The position numbers and the translations under genes were made by a program. This document shows positions 46,156 through 58,628 of a stretch of DNA of 64,000 nucleotides, piece after piece (position 1 is the first letter of the stretch; the number at the start of each line of letters is the position of its first letter). The notes below the pieces were generated by a model. That model was not told the DNA's origin. It was given only the letters and a program-made list of their open reading frames with translations, and ran no database searches. The DNA is from a cyanobacterium endosymbiont of Rhopalodia gibba (GTDB lineage Bacteria > Cyanobacteriota > Cyanobacteriia > Cyanobacteriales > Microcystaceae): assembly GCA_045159875.1 (NCBI GenBank), contig CP067995.1, forward strand, positions 1,824,001 to 1,888,000. Direction: 5' to 3'.

Positions 46156-46312
46156 TTCTTTCTCATCCTTTTACAGCAGTTTACACAGTTGAAAACTGCT
46201 GTAAAAGCGTTAAGCGGGAAAGAAAAAGGTTAAGAGCAATGTTTGATAGATGCTACATCTACACCATTTCCTAAAAAACTGCCGTTGAATGACATATTTA
46301 AGGAGTAACCTC

Positions 46313-47386
46313 GTGGCACTGTCAACAAAATATCTACTAGTTGGATCAATTGAAGCGTGCAGTGGCAAGTCTGGGACAATTATCGGACTTGCTCATCATT
46401 TAAAGCAAAAGGGGTTTTCTGTGGCCTATGGTAAACCCGTCGGAACCTATTTGGAAGATGGCTCGACTCTAGACAAAGAAGCTGATGTGCAGTTTATAAC
46501 TGATATCCTGGGCTTAAAATCGACTCAGATGCGATCACCTTTGTTATTTCTAGAAACAAAAACTGTTGAGAGACGCCTCAAAGGAAAAGATACCAAAGAC
46601 TATACCCAATTGTTAAACCAGTCCTATCGTGACATAGAAGCTGATGTGGTAATTCTCGAAGGAGCAGGAACACTATGGAAAGGAAGTTTATTTGGCTTAT
46701 CGGTAATGGATGTTGCTCATACGCTCGGTGCGTCGATTATGCTAGTCGCCCGTTATCATTCCCCTTTAGTGGTTGATAACCTTGTTAAGGCTAAACAGCA
46801 GTTAGGTGATTATCTGACAGGAGTGATTATTAATAATATTCCTATCGACGAATTTGAATCCACCCAAACCCTAATTAGACCTTATCTCGAAGGACAAGGA
46901 ATTAAGGTTTTAGGAATGCTGCCGTCGAGTAGTTTACTGCACAGCGTTAGTGTTCGTGAAATTGCCTACCAGTTGGAAGCAGATGTGTTGTGTCGTAGTG
47001 ATCGCTTAGATTTAATGGTGGAAAGTCTCACTATCGGGGCAATGAATGTTAACTCGGCGTTGGAATATTTTCGTAAAGGACGACATAAAGCTGTGGTTAC
47101 AGGAGGTGATCGCACAGACTTACAACTAGCTGCCTTGGAAACCTCCACCAGTTGTCTGATTTTAACTGGACATATTACCCCTCAACCTTTAATCATCAAC
47201 CGGGCTGAGGATCTAGAGGTCCCCATTCTTTCAGTTAATCTTGATACCTTACAAACGGTAGAAATTGTTGATAGCACTTTTGGAACTGTTAGACTTCAAG
47301 AACAAATTAAAATAGATTGCATTGAACAATTAATGACCGAGTATTTTGATTTTGATGGCTCGCTCCAAACCTTAGGACTTAGTTAA
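46313..47386 (+). CDS. Phosphotransacetylase N-terminal (BioD-like plus DRTGG) family protein; likely GTG start 46313
   Basis: [38 protein letters not shown] at 46301. Confidence 0.88.
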   Translation: MALSTKYLLVGSIEACSGKSGTIIGLAHHLKQKGFSVAYGKPVGTYLEDGSTLDKEADVQFITDILGLKSTQMRSPLLFLETKTVERRLKGKDTKDYTQLLNQSYRDIEADVVILEGAGTLWKGSLFGLSVMDVAHTLGASIMLVARYHSPLVVDNLVKAKQQLGDYLTGVIINNIPIDEFESTQTLIRPYLEGQGIKVLGMLPSSSLLHSVSVREIAYQLEADVLCRSDRLDLMVESLTIGAMNVNSALEYFRKGRHKAVVTGGDRTDLQLAALETSTSCLILTGHITPQPLIINRAEDLEVPILSVNLDTLQTVEIVDSTFGTVRLQEQIKIDCIEQLMTEYFDFDGSLQTLGLS

Positions 47387-47472
47387 ATTGATGCGGGTGT
47401 ATAAGTTAACTAGTGTTGAACTTTACATTCGATGATAAAGGATTTTAGATTTAAGATTTTTTTTTTGCTAAT

Positions 47473-48894
47473 ATGATAGAAACCCCGGATAATCCCTTTT
47501 TTAATCTTAATTATGAACCCGTTCTCGAAAATCTGGGTGATGATTATTATGACCAAGTTGCTGCTGCTGAATTTCCTCAACAGATTCTCCGTTTCCGCAA
47601 TAATGAGTTACTATCCTTGTTCGGGTTATCTTCTGAAGCTGTATCTGATAATCATTTCATTGAAGCCTTTGGTAAATTCCAAGGAGTTCGTCCTTTTTTA
47701 GCCCTACGCTACCATGGTTATCAATTTGGGCAATATAATCCCCTTTTAGGGGATGGGAGGGGTTTTCTTTACGGACAAATACAGGGAACAGACAATCAGT
47801 TATATGATTTTGGAACTAAAGGCTCAGGTCAAACTCCTTATTCTCGTGGTGGTGATGGTAGATTAACTTTGAAAGGGGGAGTTAGGGAAGTATTAGCTGC
47901 CGAAGCGTTACATTCTTCGGGAGTAACAACATCACGTTGTTTAAGTTTAATTGAAACTGGAGAGAAGCTATGGCGTGGCGATGAACCCTCCCCCACTCGT
48001 TCATCAGTGATGATTCGTGTTAATCGTTCCCATATTCGTTTTGGTACTTTTGAACGCTTATTTTACCTGAAACGTCCCGATTTAATTCAGAAATTATTAG
48101 ACCATGTTGTTGATATTTACTATCCCGAAATTGGTCAATCTTCAGACCGTTACTCCCTCTTTTATAGGGAATTAGTCAAACGAGTTGCCAAATTAGCAGC
48201 ACAGTGGATGGCAGCAGGATTTTGTCATGGAGTATTAAATACAGATAATATGTCAATTACGGGCGAAAGTTTTGATTATGGTCCCTATGCTTTTATTCCT
48301 ACCTATAATCCAAAATTTGTTGCTGCTTATTTTGATGATGGCGGACGCTACAGTTATGGGAATCAATCGTTTATTTGTCGTTCAAATTTAGAGATGTTAC
48401 ATCTCCCTTTGATGACGGTCATTTCTCTGCCTCAGTTGGAAGAAGCTTTAGCGAAATTTAATGATTATTACCTCCAGTTTTATCAAGAATTAATCCTAAG
48501 AAGATTAGGATTTGATAATTTAATGATTACTGAGGGACGAGATTTAGTGGAAAAAACATTAGAAGTTCTAGAAGAAACCCAAATAAGTTATTTTGGATTT
48601 TTTAAAACTTTATCTCAACAATTTAATTATAGATGGCGTGAAGACAGTCTAACTATTTTAGAAAACAGAACATTACCTCCTGCTGATTGGCAAGGTTGGT
48701 GTAGAATTTATCATCGAATTCTAAATCAGTTACCTATAGAAATGATGAAAACAGTAAAAAATTGTTTACAAGTTCATAACCCCAAAATTAATTTAGCCAA
48801 AGAAACTATTGAAATAGTTTGGGAAGCGATTAGCTATAGAGATGATTGGCAACCTTTTTATAACCTAATTAAAAAACTACAATTGAAAGAGTGA
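47473..48894 (+). CDS. selO: Protein adenylyltransferase SelO (YdiU)
   Basis: [42 protein letters not shown]. Confidence 0.94.
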   Translation: MIETPDNPFFNLNYEPVLENLGDDYYDQVAAAEFPQQILRFRNNELLSLFGLSSEAVSDNHFIEAFGKFQGVRPFLALRYHGYQFGQYNPLLGDGRGFLYGQIQGTDNQLYDFGTKGSGQTPYSRGGDGRLTLKGGVREVLAAEALHSSGVTTSRCLSLIETGEKLWRGDEPSPTRSSVMIRVNRSHIRFGTFERLFYLKRPDLIQKLLDHVVDIYYPEIGQSSDRYSLFYRELVKRVAKLAAQWMAAGFCHGVLNTDNMSITGESFDYGPYAFIPTYNPKFVAAYFDDGGRYSYGNQSFICRSNLEMLHLPLMTVISLPQLEEALAKFNDYYLQFYQELILRRLGFDNLMITEGRDLVEKTLEVLEETQISYFGFFKTLSQQFNYRWREDSLTILENRTLPPADWQGWCRIYHRILNQLPIEMMKTVKNCLQVHNPKINLAKETIEIVWEAISYRDDWQPFYNLIKKLQLKE

Positions 48895-49034
48895 CTGATC
48901 TCTTCTTAAATCGTCTTTAATAATATTTTTCTATCTTCTATACAGTTTTTAAGAGAGAAGAGCCTAGCAATTCAATCAATTACATTGGTTAATAATCTTA
49001 AGGTTAGCGGACTAAAAATGTCTTTTTTGACTAA

Positions 49035-49071
49035 AAAGACCCAGCTATGACCACAAATTAGCTGAGTCTTT
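49035..49071. terminator. Hairpin between convergent selO and ssrA
   Basis: aaagacccagcta ... tagctgagtcttt. Confidence 0.55.
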
Positions 49072-49090
49072 CTGAAGTTAATGTTGTTTA

Positions 49091-49475
49091 TGGAGCCGAG
49101 CAGAGTCGAACTGCTGTCCAGACTGGGTATTAACTGTCCGCTCATTCACAGGTTTAGTCCTTTTAATCCGCAGAACGGGAACCATTCTTTATCCCGAATG
49201 GTGGGATACTCTAGTAAGGTCTTTACCCAATAGCTAACCAGAGATAACTAGCGAGTGCATCCGTTGGGGTTAGGCTTCTAGAACTTAACGGAGTCACCCT
49301 AGAAGCGAGCGGACTCTTTAAGAGTTCAGTTATGCAGCTACAGCCACACGCTCAAACTTAACGATTTTATTCGCATTTACTTTTTTGTTTGAGCCTTGGA
49401 TTTACGAGAGGAGACTCACTCTCGACCTGAATCACGGAGGAGATTTCGCCAACCTGTCGAAACCGTTACGGCCCC
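49091..49475 (-). ncRNA. ssrA: tmRNA; tag peptide ANKIVKFERVAVAA
   Basis: 5' GGGGCCGTAACGGTTTCGAC, 3' GCAGTTCGACTCTGCTCGGCTCCA, tag ORF GCGAATAAAATCGTT...GCTGCATAA. Confidence 0.96.
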
Positions 49476-51094
49476 TCGCTGATATTCTCTATAATTATAG
49501 ATTCTAGTCTAGGACATTGACAACCTAACAAAGGATGATTGTCCAATTTACTTAACCACTTCTCGTTTAGGACCGATGGCGTAAAAAACTCGTATGGAGT
49601 TGTCACTAAACCTCCAGTTATTGTAATTGCATTCTTATTTATGGAAACATTGTATATAAACATCCTTAAATAAACAATTATTTCGTATCTTTATATATAA
49701 GCAATTAGAGTTAAATTTATATTGCCATAACTAGTACTTCTTAAGAGTAACTTATTTAATAAAAACTTTGTTTTACTGTCTTAGTTAAATTATATCTATC
49801 TTTAGACACCCTTCCGTTAATTTCATGAGTTTTATTTCGCGCTATTCCTTTCATATTACATTTAGTCATAGACTATAAGGCTAAAAAATTAGACTTTATC
49901 TACCTCTTTATATGAAAATTTTTTACTTTTTATTTTTGGGATATATATCAATTATTATACTAACTTTTATTCGGTTTTATTTCGAGCTATTTTTTTAGAA
50001 AATTACGTATTATTCTAGAAATTAATTTGACTTATTTCTCTTCTTAAAAGTCAATAACTATTGATTTCTAGTAACTGACTTTTACCCTATTTCTAATAGT
50101 TCTTCTATCTATTTTCTATTTTTTTATCTAAGTTATTTTTCTCCTACTTTTCAAGAAAACCTACAATCTTTCTCTTGTTATAATTCTGGACAAAATTTTG
50201 GAATCGCGAGTTAACTCTGATAGGTTTTACTTTTCTAAGTCTATCAGCCAAATTTTGAGACAGGCTGAGATTTAAGATAATAACTGATTTTTAAATGCTT
50301 CTCTATTCTACATTTAGAAAAGCTCATCGACTGAGATAGTCTGCTTATCTGGAAGAATAATTCAACGGTTTAAAAATCTTTCCCTTCCAGATTAGGCCGA
50401 ACCGCTGTTTCATAGCAACTAACTTCGACATAAGTGAACCAATTACCAGAGTAATTTAAACATTTTCTAAAATCTACAATTTGTCATCTTTTAGTTCCCC
50501 ACACATCATCTTTATTAGTAGAGGCGCTAGCTACCAAGAAAATTAAATGAGTACAACAACTTTTTGTTCTGCCATTGCAAATTTTTTAGTAGTTACCTTT
50601 CTAGAAAGTAAAGTAATTTTATTAACAATAATAGCTGCCATTCTCGCAACTATCAAAAAAATTTATTTTTTATTTGGTTTGCTTCTAACACACTAGTAAA
50701 ATTTATAGATCTAAGTAGTTAGATGTCAATAAAAAAACCTGTTTAAAACAGCATAAAAAATAAGTAATTTGTCAAATAAAAGCAGTTTTAAATCAGATAT
50801 TTTACAATAAAAATTACGGATAAAATAGTTTAATTAATATTTAATAAATTGCCTATTTTTTATTCTATTAATTTTAATTTAATTTTTGCTTACTATTTTT
50901 TAAAACTATTATTAAAATAATATAAAAATATAATTTACTTAATAATTTATAGCTAAAAAATAAGTAGACAGTAATAAATTTATGTAAACCCTAAAATCTA
51001 TCTTTTAAATTACGCTACAAAAGCGTAATTAATATGAGTTAAATACTACTTTTGAAGTATTAGTGTTGTTTAGTTGAAATTATTCAATCTCTTT

Positions 51095-51134
51095 TTATCT
51101 TGGAAGTTTATTAGTTAATAAACTTCCAAGATAA
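51095..51134. repeat. Palindrome, 19-bp perfect arms, 2-nt centre
   Basis: ttatcttggaagtttatta-gt-taataaacttccaagataa. Confidence 0.92.
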
Positions 51135-51249
51135 CTTTTTAAAAACTAGTCTAGACTCTGACTATTTTACTGTTTTTAGGGATTCATATATATTCAATTT
51201 TTCTTCTCTTTTCTGGATATATCCAATTGTTTTTACCATTTTTATAGAC

Positions 51250-51557
51250 AAACTATGAGTTACGGCTGACCAAAGAGCAAAGTCTGGTTAATCTAAATGC
51301 TTTAAACAAATTTCGTCCTCAGTTTTGCGGAGCATCTCATCGTCACATCAACCCAAGTTTTGACCCCAATGAATTTCTACGCTAATTCTCGAGGAACCAA
51401 TTTTAAATAAATGACAATTATTTCTAGCTTCCACCCCATTGCTAACAATCTAATCGCACTAGCTCTATCTTTTGTTTTTTGATAAATTTTTCTAGCTTTA
51501 CTTAACTCAAATAAAGACCCTTCTTTCTCCGATTTTGGAAACATGCTTAAAGCAGGA
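51250..51557 (-). mobile_element. IS630-family transposase N-terminal HTH remnant
   Basis: LFELSKARKIYQKTKDRASAIRLLAMGWKLEIIVIYLK resembles the cyanobacterial IS630 segment VPQRTKDRAxxIRLxAxGWxVExIA; frameshifts and stops follow. Confidence 0.72.
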
Positions 51558-51749
51558 AATAAAATTAGTTAACTCAAGTCCTTATCGCTAACCCTATTAA
51601 CATACTTTTCGTGATGATCGCTTTCATATCTAAAATATGTATTAACATAGTGTTGTTTGATTTATGTCCAAGCACCTAATCCCAGCAAAAAACAACAGTC
51701 AATTTCATAACTTGGTATAGTAAAACTACTAATGTGAACAGATACTACG

Positions 51750-52748
51750 GTGTTAGAACTGATGGACTTATATTACCCTCTGGGATTTTTACTGGTCTCA
51801 CTAACGATGGGGATTATACTCTATCTAATAACTCCTCGTCGTTATCAGTCCTCCAACACAGTGGCTAAATCCTACGATGAATGGACTCAAGACGGTATTT
51901 TAGAATTTTACTGGGGGAAACATATCCACTTAGGTCATTATGGTTCGCCACCCCGAAAGAAAGATTTCTTGACGGCCAAGTCTGACTTTGTGGATGAAAT
52001 GGCCAAATGGGGAGGGTTAGACCAATTGCCTCATGGCACTACCCTTTTAGATGTAGGTTGTGGCATTGGTGGAAGCAGTTGTATTTTAGCCAAAGATTAT
52101 GGGTTTAATGTAACAGGGATTACTATTAGTTCCCAACAAGTTAAACGTGCCCAGGAGTTAACCCCTAAAGGCGTTGATGTTAAATTTAAGGTGGACAATG
52201 CCCTAGCCCTTTCTCTTCCGGATAATAGTTTTGATGTAGTCTGGTCCATTGAAGCAGGTCCCCACATGGTAGATAAAGCCAAATATGCTCAAGAAATGAT
52301 GCGAGTATTGAAACCTGGCGGTTTGTTGGTCGTAGCTGACTGGAATCAAAGAGATGATCGCCAAAAGTCTCTTAATTTCTGGGAAAAACTTGTAATGCGT
52401 CAACTTCTAGATCAATGGTCTCATCCAGCATTTTCTAGTATTGAAGAGTTTTCTGAACTATTAGCAGAAACGGGATTAGTAGAAGGACAAGTAACAACAG
52501 CCGATTGGACACGAGAAACTCTTCCTTCTTGGTTTGATTCTATTTGGCAAGGAGTTGTTCGACCTGAAGGATTATTCCGTTTCGGTCTATCGGGATTGAT
52601 TAAATCTCTGCGAGAAGTTCCCACTTTGTTATTAATGGGTATTGCTTTTGGTAGTGGTCTTTGTCGATTTGGGATGTTCTGCGCAGTTAAAGTTAATTCG
52701 AGACAAGAATTAACCGAAGCCAACACGGAGGAAATGGTTCAAACTTAA
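51750..52748 (+). CDS. MPBQ/MSBQ (tocopherol/plastoquinone pathway) methyltransferase, Sll0418-like
   Basis: N-terminal TM, SYDEWTQDGILEFYWG.HIHLGHY, LDVGCGIGGS, WSIEAGPHM, QLLDQWSHP. Confidence 0.85.
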   Translation: MLELMDLYYPLGFLLVSLTMGIILYLITPRRYQSSNTVAKSYDEWTQDGILEFYWGKHIHLGHYGSPPRKKDFLTAKSDFVDEMAKWGGLDQLPHGTTLLDVGCGIGGSSCILAKDYGFNVTGITISSQQVKRAQELTPKGVDVKFKVDNALALSLPDNSFDVVWSIEAGPHMVDKAKYAQEMMRVLKPGGLLVVADWNQRDDRQKSLNFWEKLVMRQLLDQWSHPAFSSIEEFSELLAETGLVEGQVTTADWTRETLPSWFDSIWQGVVRPEGLFRFGLSGLIKSLREVPTLLLMGIAFGSGLCRFGMFCAVKVNSRQELTEANTEEMVQT

Positions 52749-53445
52749 GGAATTAATTGCCATCAATAAAAGGTAAAAATTAATTGTAAGTAAGTAGACT
52801 AAAATACTGCTAAGACAGATTTACAACGCCGTTCTATTGGTTATCATTAAGAGATACAAAGGTCAAAGCTGACTCCAAACCTAGACCTTGATGTATTGTT
52901 TTATGGAGATTGTCCGCTTATTATACATACCTATCAATTGATCAAGTTTGTGTTGTACAAAGAACGAAATGGCTCTCTCCCTCGAAACGTCTTTATAGGA
53001 GGGAATTGTCTTCGTCGACCACGATGATTGAGTACAAACTTGTGTTTATTTGATTCAGGTAAATGCTTTTAGCTCAATAAACCTAATCCAATGTGGCTAT
53101 AAGTTGCTTTTTAGTTAGAACCAAGCAGTGATAGTAAAACGAATCTTCAAGAGAAGAATTATCGGACTGTGCGTAAATTAAAAGACCATTAGGATTGACT
53201 AAAAAACTCTCTCAACAATTTTTTTTTAGAAAAAATTTGGCTTTTCTAGACTCAGTTATGATAAATCAGTGGTTAGTCTAGAAGAGTTATGACTTTTGGG
53301 AAAACCAATAAGTTTTACTGAATTAAAATAGCTATATTCATAATCTTATACCTCGTTGAGAATTAACTAGTCAACAGAGGAAATGGGGAACATTTCGACA
53401 AACTTAATGCCAACTCAATCTTTTAGAGGGTAACTCTAAAAACAA

Positions 53446-55272
53446 TTATTTCTTATTTTTAAAATGAGCTTCCATTACCTGACGTACCATGGGGGCAGCC
53501 ACCGACCCTCCACCCCCGCCGGAATGTTCAGCAAAAGCCACCACTACAATTTCTGGTTTGTTATAAGGAGCATATCCCCCAAACCAGGCATGGACTTTCC
53601 CAGGAGGAGCTTCTGCAGTGCCGGTTTTTCCTGCTACAGGTGGTAAATTTGGCGAATTTAATGCTTTCCCGGTTCCACTTGACACAACTCCCCGTAGTCC
53701 TTGTTTTAGGGTTGTAATAGTACTAGGTTTAAGATTCATAGACGTTCGCCATTTACTCACATCCCCGTCTCCTTTTAAGAAATGGGGTTTAACTCGATAG
53801 CCACCATTAGCAGGGACAGCAAACATAATAGCTACCTGTAGGGGAGTTGCCTGGGTGAACCCTTGGCCAATAGACATATTCACCGTATCTCCATCAGTCC
53901 ATCCCCAGCTGTAATTTTTTCGTTTCCAGGTATCATCCGCAATTAACCCTCGTGCCTCTTCTTCTAACTCGATGCCAGTTTTGTCTCCAAAACCATAGTT
54001 ACGTGCCCATTTGATTAAGTTTGGACCTCCTACCCCGCGGCCGATTTGTCCATGAAAGGTATTACTACTCCAGGCCATCGCTCGAACATAGCCCATCGGT
54101 CCAAATCCAGCCCTATTCCACTCCCCAAAAGCCGTTCCGCCAACATTAAGGTAAGCGAATGTATTCAAAACTATATTGGGGGGATATTTCTCTGTTTCCA
54201 TTCCGGCAGTCGCCGTGACTATTTTAAAAATAGAGGCAGGAGGAAATCCTCGTAAAGCGCGATTAACAAAGGGGTCTCCTTGACTACGCCATTTCTCCCA
54301 AGTTTCGGGAGTAATTTGGCTAGAGAATACATTGGGGTTGAAGCGTGGATAACTAACCATGGCCAAGACTTCTCCATCTCTTGGATCTATGGCAACAATA
54401 GCCCCTTTACGTTGACCTAGAGCGGATTCTGCAGCTTTCTGTACGTCTAAATCTAGGGTAAGAGTAACATCTTTTCCTGCCTTCCCAATTTTTTGCCCTA
54501 AGACTTTCACTACTTTTCCTCCGCCGTCTACTTCTAGCTGTAAGCCCCCCCATTCTCCTCGTAATTGTTGTTCATAAGCCGCTTCTACCCCCATTTTCCC
54601 TACAGTATCTCCTAGACGATATCCTTCGGAACGACGTTTAGATAATTGTTCAGCATTAAGTTCTCCAGTGTATCCTAAGACATGAGCTGCTAGGTCTTGG
54701 TTAGGATAATTTCGTACACTTTCGATATCGACTTCAAGTCCGTTAAGTTCACTTTTAAACTCTTCTAGGGCAGTAATTTGAGCAGGATTAAGACTACGGG
54801 CGATACGGATAAGAGTAGGGGAATTATAGCCTGCTTGTTTAATCTTTCGTTCAATATTATCTTCTGGAATAGATAAAAGTTGGGATAGGTAGCGTAAATT
54901 GTCTTCCCAGTTAGATTCTTTGATGACAACAGGCCAAAGATAAGCAGCATGAGTTAAGCGGGTTGAGGCTAAGACTCTACCTTTGCGGTCAAAAATATTA
55001 CCTCTCACAGGAGGTTTAGGAATGATACGAATACGATTATTTTCGGCTTTTTCCCGATAAACTTCTCCTTCCAACAGTTGTAGATAGACAAGACGTGACC
55101 CAATCCCCCCTAATAAAATTAAACTAATTAAGACCATAATTAGCCAAGGCTGGCGTTTTTGTCCGATAGTACGATTGGTTTTCTTTTGTCTTGTGTTATA
55201 AAAACCATGACTATCACCAAACATTGGTGTTTGCCATTTGGACTGGGAGTGGGAAGAATCGGTAAGCCGCAT
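53446..55272 (-). CDS. mrdA: Penicillin-binding protein 2
   Basis: TM, RGNIFDRKG dimerisation domain, SIFK (SxxK), SSN, KTG motifs. Confidence 0.93.
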   Translation of the reverse strand: MRLTDSSHSQSKWQTPMFGDSHGFYNTRQKKTNRTIGQKRQPWLIMVLISLILLGGIGSRLVYLQLLEGEVYREKAENNRIRIIPKPPVRGNIFDRKGRVLASTRLTHAAYLWPVVIKESNWEDNLRYLSQLLSIPEDNIERKIKQAGYNSPTLIRIARSLNPAQITALEEFKSELNGLEVDIESVRNYPNQDLAAHVLGYTGELNAEQLSKRRSEGYRLGDTVGKMGVEAAYEQQLRGEWGGLQLEVDGGGKVVKVLGQKIGKAGKDVTLTLDLDVQKAAESALGQRKGAIVAIDPRDGEVLAMVSYPRFNPNVFSSQITPETWEKWRSQGDPFVNRALRGFPPASIFKIVTATAGMETEKYPPNIVLNTFAYLNVGGTAFGEWNRAGFGPMGYVRAMAWSSNTFHGQIGRGVGGPNLIKWARNYGFGDKTGIELEEEARGLIADDTWKRKNYSWGWTDGDTVNMSIGQGFTQATPLQVAIMFAVPANGGYRVKPHFLKGDGDVSKWRTSMNLKPSTITTLKQGLRGVVSSGTGKALNSPNLPPVAGKTGTAEAPPGKVHAWFGGYAPYNKPEIVVVAFAEHSGGGGGSVAAPMVRQVMEAHFKNKK

Positions 55273-57020
55273 ATCGTCTATTCAAGAATTGTTAACGTAC
55301 TAGGATAGCTTTTTTAGCACTATTATTTTTAGTATAGAAGTGTTGAAGTTAATTAAAAACCCCTGAACTATAATCTATGACTGATACCAATTCTCTACTT
55401 CCTTATTTACTGTAAGGCTTTTATAAAAAGTTGAAAGTTACTGATAATCATTAGTACAACTTACGCAAAAATAGTTAAACTTTTCCTATATTTGTTGTTC
55501 AAGCTGATCAAAAAAAATCAATAAAACAGGTAATCCTAGCATAAACTGCACAATCATAGAATATTTACAGTTAGTACTTAACGATTATTTAAATATAAAA
55601 TTTGCTATCAGAAATAGAATTAGAAGAGACAATTGCAACGAAGTACAATTATGTTTATCTCAGATTTTATCAAGGCTATGACCTTTGTTTGAAGGACATC
55701 TTTACTATTAAATTAATCCTGTTTTATTATTGAAATAACTCAAGTATTAAGTTTTCTAAAATTAAACAAGTTAACAGAGAATACTCAATTTAATTTAGCT
55801 AATGTTAATCCTAAGAGAGTTACTACTTAAGACGATAAAACGTATTTTAAAATTCGCTTATTAATTGATGATATTAACTATCTTATTGATCTATTCAACG
55901 AACAAGACAAGAAAAAAACGACAGAGTTTGTTTTTAGAATACAACAGGGAACTTGATACTCTTTTTATCTATTTATTTATCCAGATGCTAATCCTTAGTA
56001 TTTTACTTTCCTTATGTTTCATGAAGAAGTATTTAAAATTAATACCTAAAGATCAAAATATTTAATTGCTATCAATGATATTGATAGCAATTAATATAAT
56101 TAAACATTACTTCTGTAAACAAAAATAAAGTGTTCTAAAAAGAGATTAATTGATTGAAAATATTTTATATTTAAATTTACTTTTCTTTAAAAGAAAAAAC
56201 TAATAATTTAGTTTTTAAATATTTTATTTTTGATATAAACAAAATTTTTAAAATTTATATTGTAAATTATCATTATTTATATAAATTCCAATCTTATTAT
56301 ACAAATATGTGAGTAATTTCTTTAAAATTTCAATAAATTTTGAAGTTAATTAGCATATTTATCTTGATTAAATCAATTAGTAAATAGTTTTATTTTTTGA
56401 AAAATTCATATATTAATATTTTTTTTATTTGAATAGAAATCTTATCTATAACAAGGTTGGCATTTATTTTATTGAGGTTTATTAAGTAATAAAATATTTT
56501 ATTAGATTGAATAATTTATTTTTTAAAATCTAGCTTGATATAGTTTATTCTAATTTTTAGAAAACCTGGATGAACTATTAGTTCAATAATAAGCTCAAAA
56601 TAACAATATTATTGTCATTTTTGTTTAAATACTTGAAAATATAGAGTAGGATAGATTGTCAAAAAAGATGGAATAGAAAGATTCGTAGTTGAAATTTTAA
56701 CTTTTATGAAATATTATTTTCAATATACAAAATACTTGCTATAAATTAAGTTAAATTTTTTTTTTTGCAAATCTACTTGTCTTGATTTAAAAAATAAAGA
56801 TAAAGTACACGACGACATAGAAGATAGGTTAAAATTAAATCACTTTTTTCTATCAATACGAAAATTTTATAATTTTATACTAGAAATTTAGTAAATATTA
56901 TTCTCTATTTTAAGTCTTTTAAAAACCATTAATTTTTTAAATGTAGAATACATTTTAAATAATTTTAAAAGTTATAATTATTTGCTAAAACTAAGAGGAT
57001 AGTTTTTTATATATTATTTT

Positions 57021-57067
57021 TTTAAACCTTTTCTCTAAAAAACAGTTTTTTAGAGAAAAGGTTTAAA
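57021..57067. repeat. 47-bp palindrome: 23-bp perfect arms, 1-nt centre
   Basis: tttaaaccttttctctaaaaaac-a-gttttttagagaaaaggtttaaa. Confidence 0.93.
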
Positions 57068-58628
57068 TTACTATATAATCTCTCATTTTTTATTACAATT
57101 TATCACAATTTATTTGATAAAAAAATTTTAAAAGTTGTGTTTATTAGGCTTTTATAGTTAACATTGACTCTTATAGAAAAAGATTATTTTTGGGTTTTAA
57201 ATAGACTTTTTTTGGCTACCATTATATCTCTAAAAACTGATTACTCAACAACAATACATTTATGCTAGTTTAATTTCTGTGGCGGCTATCCTCAAAATTT
57301 GAGTTAGTAATTACCAATAAGTCAAAATATTTTAGCTGGTTTCTCTGACAAGATAATAATATAGACTAACAAATTTACTGCAATCAATAAATTCTTTATT
57401 TTCCAATCTTTTTCTTAAACTTTCTCCTTTCGTATCAAGAGTCTTCATCTACCCTAATAGTTGTCTTTTATCTTCCTGAAAAAAGGATTTTTTAACTATT
57501 AAAAAATAATAATAACAAAAAATAAGTCCGTTTACTTCACTACTACTGACACTAAATATCATATTATAATTATTTTTTATAACTGTTTTTGATACGGCTG
57601 TCTAAAAGTTAGATTGACAAATATTTCAACCTTAGTAAACCTCTCAAAATAACGCAAATATTTTTTATACAAAGCACTAGTATGATTTCTTATGACTTTT
57701 TTTTTTGAGATCTACTTCTTATTAGCAAGATAGTTATTTTTTGAACAAAAATATCGAAATTTAAATATAACTAATCTCGGAGAAAATTATAAATATTGAA
57801 CTGTAATTTCAAAAAAGAACAAGAAAATGTATTTCACCTTGTGAATATTATCTTTTAAAATTATTGCACTTTTATTGATAAATAAAAAACTAAGTTTAAA
57901 GAATATAAATTTAAAAAATAAAGTAGTTAAGATATAATTTTAATTTTATTGAAGCTAATAAAATTAATCTAAATAAATTTTAATTAAAACATGAATTTAT
58001 CTGCCAGTTACTGTAGTTATAGTATCTCTTCTAAGAGAGTAAAAATAATAATTTATTTAATAATTAATTAAATTATTAATAATAATTGATTAGATGATAA
58101 TGTCCTTATTGCAGTACAATTTCTGATTTTTGGTAATCTGGAAAATTAAATGCGTTGTTACTCAAATTTTGCCTAAAAATAATATACCGTAGTTTATGCA
58201 GAGATTGCTAAATGTATTGAGTTTCCTCAGTAAGAAATTGAAACACTAGAATATCATCTTGTTTTTTTTGACTTCAAAGACGTAGTCAAACCAAAACTTT
58301 ATTTTATATAAACTGTTAGTTATTGATAAATATTAGAATAAATACTAATAAAACTAAAATATTTTTGGTAAAATATAGACAATTTACTAAAGCTTTGTCA
58401 GTAATTGAATTTAATCTTACTGTCATTTTTTAATCGTCTCATGAAATTACGTGATCGTGATTTGCCCTATTATCAATTTGAACGATGGCAATAAGTTGTT
58501 GATGTTATAACATCGTAGCTAGCCATACTACGCCACAGCCAGAATCCCGAGTCCTGAATAAATTGGGCAACTTTCGGATAAAATTCGTTAGACTATTGAT
58601 TACATCCTATTCCCAGAAAAAAAAAGCT

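Noticed and set aside
52810..53190. Possible DCC/DUF393 thiol-disulfide oxidoreductase ruin (VLFYGDCPL..EGIVFVD)
   Set aside because: Similarity too short to support a call without a search.
55865..56065. Small AT-rich ORFs in spacers (also 41231-41425, 31800-32012, 49466-49663)
   Set aside because: Low-complexity I/L/K/F-rich translations expected by chance in AT-rich DNA.
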